Assembly: GCF_902459465.1 (NCBI RefSeq)
Contig: NC_047064.1
Coordinates: forward strand, 22,816,001 to 22,880,000
Direction of reading: 5' to 3'
DNA from: Asterias rubens
Taxonomy: Eukaryota
Length of the DNA stretch: 64,000 nt
Part shown: positions 13,180 through 26,882 of the stretch, piece by piece
Position numbering within the stretch: the first letter of the stretch is position 1
Layout: each line of letters starts with the position of its first letter
Notes under the pieces: generated by a model
The model's database searches: none
What the model saw: only the letters and a program-made list of their open reading frames with translations
Told to the model about the DNA's origin: nothing
Program-made: the position numbers and the translations under genes

Positions 13180-14710
13180 CCATCTTACCAATCATTACAA
13201 GCTACAACTTTATGTAACACGTACGCCATCTTACCAATTGGTACAAGAAGACAGTTTATGTAACACGTACGCCATGTAACCAATTGGTACAAGAAGACAG
13301 TTTATGTAACACGTACGCCATGTTACCAATTGGTACAAGAAGACAGTTTATGTAACTCGTACGCCATGTAACCAATTGGTACAAGAAGACAGTTTATGTA
13401 ACACGTACGCCATGTAACCAATTGGTACAATAAGACAGTTTATGTAACACATACGCCATGTAACCAATTGGTACAAGTAGACAGTTTATGTAGCACGTAC
13501 GCCATGTTACCAAGTGGTACAAGTAGACAGTTTATGTAACACGTACGCCATGTTACCAATTGGTACAAGTATACAGTTTATGTAACACATACGCCATGTA
13601 ACCAATTGAAACAAGAAGACAGTTTATGTAACACATACGCCAAGTTACCAGTTGGTACAATAAGACAGTTTATGTAACACATACGCCATGTAACCATTTG
13701 GTACAAGAAGACGGTTTATGTAACACGTACGCCATGTAACCAATTGGTACAAGAAGACAGTTTATATAACACATACGCCATGTAACCAATTGGTACAAGT
13801 ATACAGTTTATGTAACACATACGCAATGTTACCAATTGGTACAAGAAGACAGTTTATGTAACACATACGCCATGTAACCAATTGGTACAAGTATACAGTT
13901 TTTGTAACACATACGCCATGTTGCCAATTGGAACAAGAAGACAGTTTAAGTAACACGTACGCCATGTTACTAATTGGTACAACAAGACAGTTTATGGAAC
14001 ACGGATGCCATGTAACCAATTGGTACAAGAAGACAGTTTATGTAACTCGTACGCCATGTTACCAATTGGTACAAGTAGACAGTTTATGTAACACATACGC
14101 AATGTTATCAATTGGTACAAGAAGACAGTTTATGTAACACATACGCCATGTAACCAATTGGTACAAGTAGACAGTTTGTGTAACACATACGCCATGTTAC
14201 CAATTGGAACAAGAAGACAGTTTAAGTAACACGTACGCCATGTAACCAATTGGAACAAGAAGACAGTTTATGTAACACACACGCCATGTAACCAATTGGT
14301 ACAAGAAGACAGTTTATGTAACACACACGCCATGTAACCAATTGGTACAAGAAGACAGTTTATGTAACACACACGCCATGTTACCAATTGGAACAAGAAG
14401 ACAGTTTTTGTAACACGTACGCCATGTTACCGATTGGTACAAGAAGACAGTTTATGTAACACACACGCCATGTAACCAATTGGTACAAGTAGACAGTTTA
14501 TGTAACACACACGCCATGTAATCAATTGGTACAAGAAGACAGTTTATGTAACTCTTACGCCATGTTACCAATTGGTACAAGTAGACAGTTTTTGTAACAC
14601 GTACGCCATGTTACCGATTGGTACAAGAAGACAGTTTATGTAACACGTATGCCATGTTACCAATTGGTACAAGAAAACAGTTTATGTAACACGTACGCCA
14701 TTTTACAAAC
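13180..14710. repeat. 46-bp minisatellite, about 33 copies
   Basis: Unit CCAATTGGTACAAGAAGACAGTTTATGTAACACGTACGCCATGT(A/T)A; CCAATTGG at 13234 and 13280 gives the period. Degenerate units extend left to about 13070. Confidence 0.98.
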
Positions 14711-15647
14711 TGTAACAAGTGGTAACATGCACTAGTTAGTTAAACCAATACTGATCGATAACAAGCAAATTGATTCCGATAGTTTGCTTACTCAACCCTG
14801 AAGGGAATTACATGGCCCAGCGTTTTCCGTGCAAGTACACTTGAACTGACTATCGATAAAATACAATTATGTACATGGACTTGAGGTTGAGTTGGAACTT
14901 GTGCCAATCGCAGTGAGATTTAGAACCATCAATAAAAATAGGGACGGAGATAAAGTGAGTCGATTTTATTTCTCACAACTTCTGATGTTGTGTATGGAAC
15001 TCTAACAAAAAGGTTATCAATTTTGTTGTTCATTGTGGGGTTTTTGATGTTTTTTTTTGTTCCATTGTCGTCTCGGAACCGTATTCGTGTTTTAGGGTTA
15101 TTGTTTTGTTCTCCATCCCTCCATGTTTTGGGCTGTTGTTTTTGTCCCCTTTTACGTATTGTTTTATATGTGTCGTTTCTTGACTAACTGGATTTGCTTT
15201 TGGGATATTAGTTTACTGCTGTGTGATTTTAAAAGACTTGTGTGCAATATTCATTTTAATGTTGGATGTGTATCATCTATTTTAAAATATTTGTTACCTC
15301 TGGTGGTGGTCTTGCTGTGAAGATCTCGTTTAACTTTTGTAACATTGAAAGCCCCTTGCCCTTGCTCCACTTGTATTCCTGTTTAGTAATGTCACAAGAT
15401 TTATAATAGGTAAACCAATTATCTTGTTTCTATCGCCCCCACGGATATAATATAACATCATCAATTTTACGTCGGTTTTCGAATTGCATTATGAACCTTA
15501 TTTGTTGCGGTCGTGGGTTTGAATGACACTATTATTTGTTTTCCCTACAGAACTTTAAAAGCATTCAGCATGTGGGACATTATAACTAAACATGTGGAGA
15601 GGACCTCTGTTCGAAAAACCGTTCAATTCAATTGCTACTACAGATAC

Positions 15648-15822
15648 GCCATTTTCGAAACCACGGCTTCGTCTCCTAGTTCATTTGCTCAGGCTAGCTT
15701 TGGCCCACGGTTGTTTTGACAAATTGCGCGAGCTTTGCGTACGAGCTCAGGGCTTCAGACGAGAGAACTGAGCCCCAGAAGCCGAATCCAAAGCCTGACG
15801 CCGTTGATTCGAAAGAGGCCAT
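15648..15822. mobile_element. Degenerate foldback MITE related to the element at 60940-61106
   Basis: Left end TTTCGAAACCACGGCTT and right end GCC...GCCGTTGATTCGAAAG form an imperfect IR; shares the AAACCACGGCTT motif with 60940. Confidence 0.55.
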
Positions 15823-16671
15823 AGTTGTGTGGCTTGTGCTTGTTGATTATACACACCTGAATGTGAGCACAGAGTCAAAGCATACTATTATTCATAAATA
15901 CCTCAGACAGTTTCGCTATTCCTATTGGTGAAGAGCGCGTCACGTGGGTGTGTAGAAACCTTTGTTAATGACCAGTAAAAAGTGTTTAAACATGGGCGTG
16001 ACACGTGAGCACCTGTACTTAGACAGTTTCTTCATTGGTCGAGAGAACGGCCGGGACAGTTGTGCCACATCACGCGATACGCGCGACGCGCACAGCATTC
16101 CCTTATAGGGAGTTGTTTACACGAGAGCCTAAACTTTCATAGCTGGAGGGGTGTTTGTTGAAAGAAACCAGTGAACAATTATATTTTTTGCATTTATTTT
16201 ACTATTTGATCAAAACGTGTTGATGGTTTTTTTTTTGACCGAAAAAGTGTTTCGTCTCGGTAAAATTATCAAGAACCAGGCCTCGTTGGGCTTAAACCAC
16301 TTGTTGAAAACCTCTTCACCACACATTTTTTCCTTTAGTATACTTTGTTTCAGGCATATCACAAAACATACAGGTAAAACACATTTAGAGAAATACATTA
16401 GTGTAAAGGTGTTAAAATACATTTAGTATAAAAATATGAAAACAAAAATTGGGACAACAACTCAAGTTGCAACAGAGACAGAACAAGTGGTCTGCATGGA
16501 AGTAGAAAACCCCATCACAATTCCACATCACTCTATGGTCAGAGCAAGCCATGAGATTATAGGGCAAAGGGTCATCGCAGATTTGAGCTCACAAAACCAA
16601 TATGTTAAAAAGAAACAACTTTTGAAATTGGTGCGATTGCTTGTTATTCTAACTGTGGTTGTAAAGTTTAA

Positions 16672-17000
16672 GTATGCCCAAGATAATTGTCAAAGACCAG
16701 CAAATTTACTTAGTGTATCCCAACATAATTAATATGTGTAAAATACCTAATCTATTAGCCTTCAGGCTCAATTGGTCATCGAAGTTGCAAGAAAGAGATG
16801 GGAGAAAACAATAAATGGTCGTGTTGCGTGTGTTTTCAGTTTCTCTACTTCAAATTTTGTTTGTGAAACAAAAAAACGTTATCTTGCTCAAAACTACATT
16901 ACTTCAAAGGAGGTCTACTTATCAATAGTTTGAGTTATTAACAGTTATCCAGTGCTCTGTACCAAGTAAGTTTTAGTAATTACCAAAGGTACACCCGCCT
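16672..17000 (-). mobile_element. Kolobok-like MITE family A, old reverse copy
   Basis: TTAA at both ends. Contains the reverse complement of the family core (aattgtcaaagacc..., gctcaattggtcatcgaagttgc). Confidence 0.6.
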
Positions 17001-17889
17001 TTAAATGACAAATCTGCAGACAAACAGTTGTTCACGTGCCACTGTAATTTGACGATGTACCACCAAAGGGTTTTAACCTCATCTGTAGGACAACCAACAA
17101 ACCGTGTTGTACCACTTCGCATGCATATCTCATAACATTACAAGTAGATAGTAATTTTTATTGCAAATTAATGCATTTAAAGGTATTTCACTTAAGTCGG
17201 CCCGCTTCGAAAGCAGAGCCAAACAAAAACTGTGATGTACATACAGTACTCGTACATAAAATCGTCGTTATCTTGATATATGGTCGTGCTGTGCCATTAC
17301 ATCTGTTAAAATTCTCAGTCATATTACTGTATTTTACCCTGCTCTTTATCTCCATTATGAATGTGCATAATTGAAGAGAGATCTGATCGTGGATTAAATC
17401 ATTGCTTTGTCTGTAGTTTGGGTTAGGTAATGGTGTAGGTTGGGTCAAGGGTACGGGGACATTTGTTTTCATCTGTAGTATATAATTGCCATACTCTCAA
17501 ACATGTTCGTGATGAATTGTTTATTAAAAGGAGTCTCTTTTTGAATTGATTAAAAAAACGAAATTCCCATTGAAAAGCACTACGACAGATTTGCGTACGG
17601 AAGTTCAAGTCTAGCTGGGCTTGGATATGGGTTTGTGGCATGTGAGCCCAGTGATCTTGAATGGGGCCCACTCGATACAAGGTTTGAGATGAGGAAAGGT
17701 CAATACACATGTACCTAATATTAAGCCCCCTATAGCATACAGTTCAAAATGTTAAATATTCAAAAATACAGATGGAGTTTAAACTAGAGACAGACAGTTG
17801 GGGTCAGAAACCATGTTGAATGTGATGTTACTTGACGTATTGAATGTCTGAACTGTATGCAAACAATCACATGTGGTGAGCATCCCCAG

Positions 17890-18191
17890 TGAGGTGCTGT
17901 AGTTTTTAAGAAATGGGTAAAACAATTTCGTGAAAACTATTTCCGTCTATGTTCTAGCATGTAAAAACGTATTAACCAGTTATGGCATAATTATATATTA
18001 TCATATTAATACGTTTTTAATGCTAAATAAATTTGCCTCTCACTGAGATGAAAACTATTTTTTGACTTGTTTAACTGTCAAACACAACATCACTCTGTAA
18101 GTAATATTTGAAGGGAAGCTTTCTAGACTAACATTACCTTAATACCGTTTGAGTTTAATGTAAACATGTGGACTTTTTGACCAAGTACCCG
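17890..18191. mobile_element. Degenerate copy of the foldback MITE family seen at 35791
   Basis: gtagtttttaagaaatgggtaaaacaatttcgtgaaaac matches about 35911-35950. Internal hairpin taaaaacgtattaa...ttaatacgttttta. Confidence 0.55.
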
Positions 18192-20499
18192 TCGAATCAT
18201 TTATTAAAAATAACCCTCACATAAATGTGTTTAATTTGATATCACATCTTAGGAAATGACACCAGTGGGCCAAGGGAAATGCATCTATGAACCAATGAAC
18301 ATGAACAACTGAACTAATTATTTAAATACACCGTGTGGGAATGATTATAACTGTATGAAAGGTTGTTTGAAAAGTCACTCTTTATTACGATTGAACATCC
18401 AGATCAGTTAGCTCGATTCGAAAAGGTTATCCTTCCTTCGACATACCCAGAAAAAAAGAGGCGTGCTTTACGAGATTTTGAGATTTTCAAGAGAAAGGGA
18501 CAAGAAGAAAAAAATCCATATGAAAGAAGAATTCCTCTCTGTATTTCACGATCGAAGACGGCGGCAAAACAGACTGAAATATTATCCCGTTGTTGTCAGG
18601 AAAGACGGGACGAGTTTATGTCAGTCCACGTATGGGTAAAATTCTCACCAAGACCTAGACTGAACTAACAATGAAAGCACGTGAGTGGGCAGGCTTTATT
18701 CTCTTCTTGTTTGTTTTATATATGGCTTGACATACAACATTAATATTACTTCCCGAGAGTTGTATGTACGTAGTACAAATGCTAGAAGGATTCCATCAAA
18801 TCATACAGTAGGCTTTACAACATTTCATATGCTGGGCATGGAGTATTGTATCTTGTACAAAATCCATTTTTTTATAAGTTGTTTGTCAGTCTTTACGACT
18901 GTTTACTTTTAAGTCCTTAAAAGGACTATCTTAATAAATTTTGATTGTCTTTGTATGAAAATTCTCGGTCATTTATGTTAAACAACGGGGGTGATTTGGT
19001 AGCGGATTTTTTTTTTTCTGTAAGAAGTTCATAATCTTTAATGACAAGGGAAATTTTAGAATAAAGTTATCCGGAAAGTTTCTTGATTCCAAGAAATAAA
19101 AGCAAAATTCCTTTAGGGTTCGGAAGTTTTCTTAGTGATGATGTTGTCTCGTCGACAAGAGATAAAACTTACGGCAGCAACACTTTTAATAATGTTTTCG
19201 CAAATGCTGTACCATCCCATCTCGAATAATTATATCAACCTGGCTAGATTGTGGCATCTGACCTTTTGAAAATTTCCCTTGTGGTTTATTGCTTAATATG
19301 TAAAAGGCACTTACTAAAAGTTATTAGAAACTTGTTTGGTTAATGCAAGCAATGGGGAGCTGTGGTAGTACAGTGATAAACTACTCCATAATAACAGGTA
19401 TGTCGTAACCAGCTGTGCCGTAATATAAAAGTAGTTCGATTTAAAAATAAGTTGAATCGTAAAGCCGTATTACGGTTTAGTAAATCCGTTTGTGTGAGTT
19501 TGCCGAGTTCCCTTGACAGGAAGATCACCTAAAAACATATATATATTTCAATTGTATGTCCAATAAAAGTGTGAGCTTTTTCCCATGGGATTTATTGAAT
19601 CTCAATTCAATTAAATAAATTACTACCCATCCAACATAGAATTAAAATATCCTTGTAGCTGCACCCACCCCACCCCATCCCTGCCCCCAGCAAACGCATA
19701 ACAAAGTATTCCATTCTATTAACGAGGTATCTACTGTACATGCTAGAATTAAAAAAACTATACAGCAAATTGTGCAACTTCCGGCAGATAATTATCATAA
19801 CAGAATTATGCTTTTTCCTCCACTAACATAATCTAAAGGCCGTTTGATACACGTTTTTAATATTAACCAGGCTTGATTAATAACAAAATTGTGAAACGTG
19901 TCCGACCGGGAGATGTCTGCTAAATATGTTGTGTGTGTTTTTTTTCGTTTGGATAGAGTAGAACACATGTGCGTTTCGTCCGGAGTTTTTAACATTCCGA
20001 ATTTCGTTGAGACCTATTTGATCGGTGTACGCCCAGATTACTGTGCGCTGGGACCACACACTCACATTGCTCTGACATTCCCATGTGAAACCGCCTTGAC
20101 ATTGCATCAAAGTTGTGGGAAATTACAGAAAAAATCTCAAAACCCTCGTATGGCGTGTTCTAAAAAAAACCAAGAGAAAAGTCGTCAATATTTAGTTGTG
20201 ATCTTACAAAGTGGCTCTGTATATAAGAAAGCGTGACTTTTCACAAGATGTGGCATATTTCACTGATAATTCCAGCCCCGAGACTTTTACATCATCTGGC
20301 AAAGACATTTGAAACCGAATTCATATCTTCCTTTAGTCCGTTTTTTTGCCGACTGTAAATTCATTTTTCGATATGAGTGAGTGACATGATTCAGTAACTG
20401 CGACACGCATTTAATCATCCTAAGATGGTTTTAAGGCAAGAGCGTCTAATGAATGATTTTTCAAACAAGAATATTGCGATGGAATAATGTAGCTAGGTT

Positions 20500-21035
20500 G
20501 AATTACGTAAAGAACGTGGTTTCTCCATGTTTAAACACAATGAATTAGAGTTCTCCGTGACCTGTTTTCGTGGTCGAATAGTTAACGTTACGAGGTTCAA
20601 ATCGCTGGATGGAAAACAAAAATATATTCATAATAATTGTTCAATATTATGCTGATGAATCCAAGTAGACCGTCAGTGCAACTCAGCTCCCGCCAAATAA
20701 GAGAGTGATCCTCCTGTAGCGTTCAGCATTTGGTTGCTAAGTAGACTGTGACGTCAATAACGTGTCATCTCCCTCCCTCTTTGTGTGTGCGCGTGTATGC
20801 AGCAAGCTAGCCCCTACCCAGAAGTCTTTACGATGCGAGACCCAGGCCTCGTCTTCTATTCACACCTCTATCGCGCTGGCCAACCAGTCTATGAGGAGAG
20901 CGCGAGCTACGACGTGTGTCAGTGTTCATATTAACGCCGACGGAACTGGACGCGTTGATCGCCAAACTAAAGAAATTGTTTACGCTGACTGAGACCATGG
21001 TCGACATCAAATAGTCTGTTAAACAATCGGTGAGT
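20500..21035 (+). promoter_or_regulatory. Candidate promoter, non-coding first exon and 5' splice donor
   Basis: TTACGTAA 20503-20510, E2F-like TCCCGCCAAA 20688-20697, CRE TGACGTCA 20749-20756, a CpG-richer segment at about 20760-21000, a 5-codon uORF (ACCATGG, 20997-21014), and the consensus donor CG/GTGAGT with GT at 21030-21031, followed by T-rich sequence. Confidence 0.4.
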
Positions 21036-23484
21036 AAACACATTAACCTCTTTAACTAAATTGCAAAGGTTAATTAATTGTTACAGTTGTCTTCCCCCCC
21101 CCGCGATTTTTTTTTTTTAATGTATAGACAATTTTACGAACCTTTATTATTTTTTCTTTTGTTTCCCCGTGAAATCGTTGAAACGCGGTTGCACACAATT
21201 CAATAACAACTCAACCCGTCGGTCGAACCGAAAGAGAAACTTCAAACAATTTCCTTTAGTATTTTTTGGAAAAATAAGGCAAGTCAGAAACTCTTTGTTT
21301 GCCTCTTTTGTGTAAGACAGCCCTGAGTGGTGCCACAGCATCTCCCGTTACACACAGTATTGGAAATATCAAATAACAAGTGCTTCTATACACGAAATAC
21401 ATTCGCCAAATAACCGGATTGAACAAAATATATGATAATGCAACGCGAAGTCAATTCATGTATGGAACGAATCAGAGGAGGACATTAGTAACCAACTCAT
21501 TTAATATCTCCCGGCGAAAGATTTTGACCGATACAAAAAACAAAGCCGTAACATTTTTAAGAATTAAGCAGCACCCAAGTTGCATTTAAACATCGTTCTC
21601 GCGCACGAGGTAATTATCCGTCTGCGAAACGAACCAAAAAGAAAAATGTGCTGCAAAAACATCATCTTGGTAAAAAAGAAAATTGTTGTTCATTGAATTA
21701 TTTAGGGTTACGCTGGTGCTGCTCTTTTAATACCCAAGTGTTTGGAATTTATATCTCCGGTCGGTCACAGAACCCGTTTAGTATACAATTCCGTCATTCG
21801 CATGATTGGTCTAAATCAACCAAAATTGTTCATACATAACCCCTTTAGGAAACAACACAACTTCTTACTCGTTTTGTCCTATCATTTTTACCTTGGCAAG
21901 GGCGGACATTAATTAGCAAATGGAAATTAATAATTTCGAATCTTGAAAAGAATCACGATGGGTGGTTAAGCCTTGTAAATTGGAATCAAATAACATGCTG
22001 CGCCACGAAGTAATGATGTACTGATTGGGGCTTATTAGCACAATACTATCGGAGATGATCTTTTTTCAACCGAGATTTTCGGTTTTCTTGTTTCGGTTTG
22101 TGTTGACAGCAGCCATTGTTTGTTTTTTTGTATTTTTTTTTCTTTCTTTTCTTCGTATTGTTTCTATGTATTCGTGTGCAGTTACAACAAAATGCACTAT
22201 CACAAGTCACTCATTTTTGTAAAACATTAGCTTTAAACGCGTGGGCCGATTTCATCTATATATTCATGTACAAATCCGGTAATTTTGCATAAATTCAGAT
22301 TAAAATAATATTACAGAATTTTATGGTTAATTTGTGTATACTTTAACATTTGGAAGAAAACAAAAACACGTGCTCTCGATAGGTACGTGGTTTCATAATT
22401 AAACAGAAGATCAATGTGACAATACATACAGCAACGTAAGCTATTATTACACTCGGGTAAATCCTTTTGGATTTTTACATTATGACACAAAATGCTTTAG
22501 GCCTTATGTATAAATTTACTTAATGGGAAAGCCTGATGCTGTTGCAGACTACAATGGTCTTACTGAAAGAAGCAACTCAACAATGGTATAAGACTGCAGA
22601 TAACATTTCAACCATCTCCAGCGAAGGAAACATAGCTTGGAACTATAACATGTAGACATTACATATTAAAAAAAAACACAAACGATTTCGGGTATAAATT
22701 GTTGGGTTGGGGGGGGGGGGGCGATTACAATGCTCTCGTTTTATCAACAATCTTTTGACAGGCTCGATCTTGGCTGCTCCGCAATGTCAGGGTGAAAGCT
22801 CTTCGTGAAATCGGCTTCCGGATACTTCATAATAACAATAACAAGTATTTGGAACGCTCCCCATAGAAAACCAAATCACAGCGTGTAACAAGAAATAATA
22901 ATAACAATTATGTCGAACAGCAAATTGTGAAAACAACCATTACAAAAAATATGACGAGTATAAGAAGGAACTTATTATCGAGCCGGTATCAGTTAAAATC
23001 AATAATTATAATAAAACAAAAAAATAGTTTTGACTCCAGAAATCAGTGAAGAAAACTGTCAAGTCTTTATGATTATGACATAGAACAAAACACGCTAACG
23101 CAACAAATATTTAAAACAAGTTATATGTCGCAGCGTTCACATAAACATAAACTAAATGTTTCGCGCAGGCCTTTATTTTTCATTTGATAAAACAATAGAA
23201 ACACATACAAACAGGGTCACTGAGTTACACATACCGGTACATTTCACCAGAATGACCAAATAGTAAGACAAACACAATCACACAAAAACACATAAACATT
23301 AATTAGTTGCGACTTAAAATTCAACAACACAAAATTAGAACAGAATAATTAATGCCATGATATAATGTATATTGACACAAACTGAATCACATCATTACAC
23401 AATTGTATGTAGGTGATGCTGCGTCAGTTAGATGATAGGCCGGCCATTGGAATGACAAACAAGTAGTGATAATGTCAACTTTAA

Positions 23485-23875
23485 ACACACTAGACACTTA
23501 TGGTTATTACTCAAAATAAATGTTATCATAACAACTTATTTGATAACGAGCAACAGAGAGCTGTTGTGAAGTGAGAGGAAAGAAAAAGAGAAAACAAAAA
23601 ACATTGTTTGAAACGGCTCCCTCTGAATAGTTTTTGAGAAAGAAGTAACTTCTCACTAAAATATTTCAATTGAATTCGAGACCTCATCTGGGGTCTCGAA
23701 ATCAAGCATATGAAAGCATATAAATTGTGCGACAAGGGTGTTTTTTCTTCCATTATTCTCTCGCAACTTCGACGACCAGCTGAGCTCAAATTTTCACAGG
23801 TTTGTTATTTTATGCATTTTTCGAGATCAAGTGAGAAGACTGGTCTTTGACAATTACCGATAGTTTCCAGTGTCT
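23485..23875 (+). mobile_element. Kolobok-like MITE family A copy
   Basis: TTAA flanks (23481-84 and 23876-79). Long homology with 11592-12016 (gagctcaaattttcacaggtttgtt, gaagactggtctttgacaatt). Confidence 0.8.
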
Positions 23876-25963
23876 TTAAACTGAACTACCAGCAGGCTTA
23901 CAGTTACTTAAGAAATCAATGACGCAGAGAGAAGCCGCCTTGTGTTTGTTGTAAAGTACCAGCATCTTAACACTGTTGACCAGATCTAATCAGAGTCAGA
24001 CACACCCGTCATGTTTATCTTATCTTAGATGAAGTTATGACAACTCAATTATTTCTGTGTATTATCACCACACACAAACTATGCAACTATAGACCTATAC
24101 GTAATTAAAATCCCGCGGGAATTTAAAGAGATAAATCACAGATAGATGCAGTTTTCCCATGATCTATTCTGAGCGACTGGGTTTCCTTACTGTTGCTGAT
24201 CTTTCTCCGGACTCCGTTTAATAATTGGCTATCTGGTGAATGATATTGCAGCTGGTACTTGGAATTATGGTTTGCTTTGATTGAATTTTCTCAAATTGCT
24301 CAATTTTCATCCGGCGCGGCACTAACCAATGATGATGTGTTTCTTTGGGGCCCCCACTGTGCACCAAGATTGGACCACATCTCCGATCGAACACGGTCGT
24401 TTTACCACTGACAGACGTGTGCGCTATTTTGTTACGTTGTTTACTTCAGGCTCGCCGAAAAACGACGATAAACAACCTTCACACACAAATTTAACAAGAC
24501 AAGAAAAAAAAAACGGAAGTGATAATATAAATCCGCTATAGCGTGATAAAATCAATCCGCTATAGCGGATTGGCATTATTTATATTTTTGTATACTTAAG
24601 TCTTTATGTATTTCCAAGGATTGTGTGATTGATGACGTGTCCGTGTGTTCTTCTATAAACAGCAAACAAACACAAACACACAATTAATGTGTTGTCTTGC
24701 TTTATTATTTATTTATTTATTTATGCTTGATATTGTCTTAGGTATACAATGTTTATCAGTTCTATAAAGGCATTGACGTGAATGTCGCTCCAATACGCTT
24801 GCAGCATAATTTAGAGTCCTTTGTGATCCTACATAAACAGCAGGCAACAAAAAGAACAATACATTTACTGGCTTTGTATGACCTTCTTTTCAGAAACCTC
24901 TTCGTATTGTATCCTTTCCTGGGATTCTTTCGAATTAGTGAAGCTCGATTTAAACTATCGATCAGAGGATTGCCTTACATTCGACAAATAAAAAAACATC
25001 AGCTATCCAGCGCATGTGAGATTCTAAAAAAAAAAGTGTATTCAATTTTTTATTTCTTTTTAAAATTCTATCAAAACAGCAAATAAATAATGAAGAGGTA
25101 GAGAGAAGTGTGTTTCAGTTCCTTTTTTGTTTGTACTTTATAAGGCCATTCATGGTGACTTCGGTTTAAAAATTGTTTGGTTTCCCGTCCTTCGTTTCCC
25201 GTCCTGGAAATGTATTGTTTCCCCTAAGAAAATAAAACAATTTTACATTCTTAGTGGACTGTTCCGAGTGTATTGATTGCCGAATGAGATCAGAAACTGT
25301 CTCGTTACCACGTTTAACGTTTTATTCATAATATGTTATTTTAAGGGTGCTGTTTTGTTGCTCCTCTTTTGCTGTATATGGAATATCAAAAATTTATTAT
25401 CGGAGGCTGCAGAGTAGGCTTGTCTTGAACCTGAACATATTATTATTGTTACCATGCAAGAACAAATTCCGTATGAACGTTTCTTTTGAACGAAAGTCGG
25501 TCTAATTCTTGTAAGATCTAATTCCAAAACGGTTTTTGTAAAATAACATTTTTAATTCTTGTTAGAACCAATTCCGACATGAACGGGTATTTTATGAAGA
25601 GCGTTTCAACACCAAATGCAATGTCCTCATATCGTTTTATTTATAAGGGTTTCCCGTGTAGTTAGATACTGCAGTGCATAATTATGACGACTTACGTATG
25701 CAGATTATATTTTAATTCAATTTATTCCGTAAAGGCCCTACCCCCGTATAATTTTTAGGAAATTGGCTTCCTGTTTCGCCAAATTAAAATCTATTTTTGC
25801 AACTGGACTTAAGCTGGCAATGCAATTGAGAATGGTCGTTATAATTAGCACAAAAATAGCTTCAAGCACAACACACTTTTGCTTAAAGCCAGAACAGTGT
25901 TACCAGCCAAAATACTATGTCACATGTTCAATCTGTGACTTGTATCCTGCTCATTTCTGTTAA

Positions 25964-26328
25964 AGATGCTATGTCAGATTTTTTGCCGATTTGACCCCAA
26001 CATTTTGATTTAAAATTTAATAGGTATTTTGATGGGTTCGAGAAAGTTACAAGCTTTCATTTGAGCCATTGCTCGAAAAAGTCCGCTAATTATCAGTAGC
26101 AGTGAAATTAAGTGCTCAAAATTAGTTTTTGTCGGGATCCCGAAAATTACATCACGTGACCAATTCTTATGTGTTTTATAAGAAACGTTTTAAATTGTTG
26201 TCATGGTTCCTGACCATTAAAAGTAAAAGTTAAACTTTTCGTTAGAGCGGGTGATACTCTTTGAAATACCATTCACTCAAACAAATCTATTTTTTAATGT
26301 TTGGGGCCTAACATCTAACATAGCGTCT
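25964..26328. mobile_element. Kolobok-like MITE family B
   Basis: TTAA/AGATGCTATGTCAGAT ... ATCTAACATAGCGTCT/TTAA: 14 of 16 TIR positions match, with TTAA TSD. Confidence 0.8.
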
Positions 26329-26882
26329 TTAAGCATAATATTGTTAAGCAGTATTTTTTGCTGAAGCAGCTCTTTGGGTCCAGGTGTGTGAAATATTGGT
26401 ATTTATGGGGAGTAATATCAAATGAAAACCTAAAGGGGTGCCCTTCAAAATACCTCTAAGTGCATGGAAACTGTATAATTGGTTGAACTACCACGAAACG
26501 TCAATTCTTCTATTCGGTTATTACTCACAAACTCCAAATTAAACATAGAACGAGTTTTTCATTGGCTGCGTGGTCACCACGGACAATCTTGATCCAATTC
26601 ATAATTACAGCCGTTACGACATTGATTACAAGTAACCGATGGCTAGTTCATATCTAGATCACTATGGAGCAGCACGTACATTTAACTTGACATTTTCTGC
26701 CATCCCTGCCCCCCAAAAAAGGGCAGAAAAAATCGACGGAATCGATTTGATAAAGCGAGCACTTGTAGCAGTTGAATTTCCTTCCTAAAATGGAAACTAC
26801 TGCACCTCGAAACGTGACTGGTATACTCTCGATACAGTTTGCCATGGTAAATTGACAATCTGTGGTAACGCTATGAGACTTT

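Noticed and set aside
13180-14710. CRISPR-like array (also considered for the 75-, 110- and 113-bp arrays)
   Set aside because: The units are contiguous with no unique spacers, there are no cas genes, and the context is eukaryotic.
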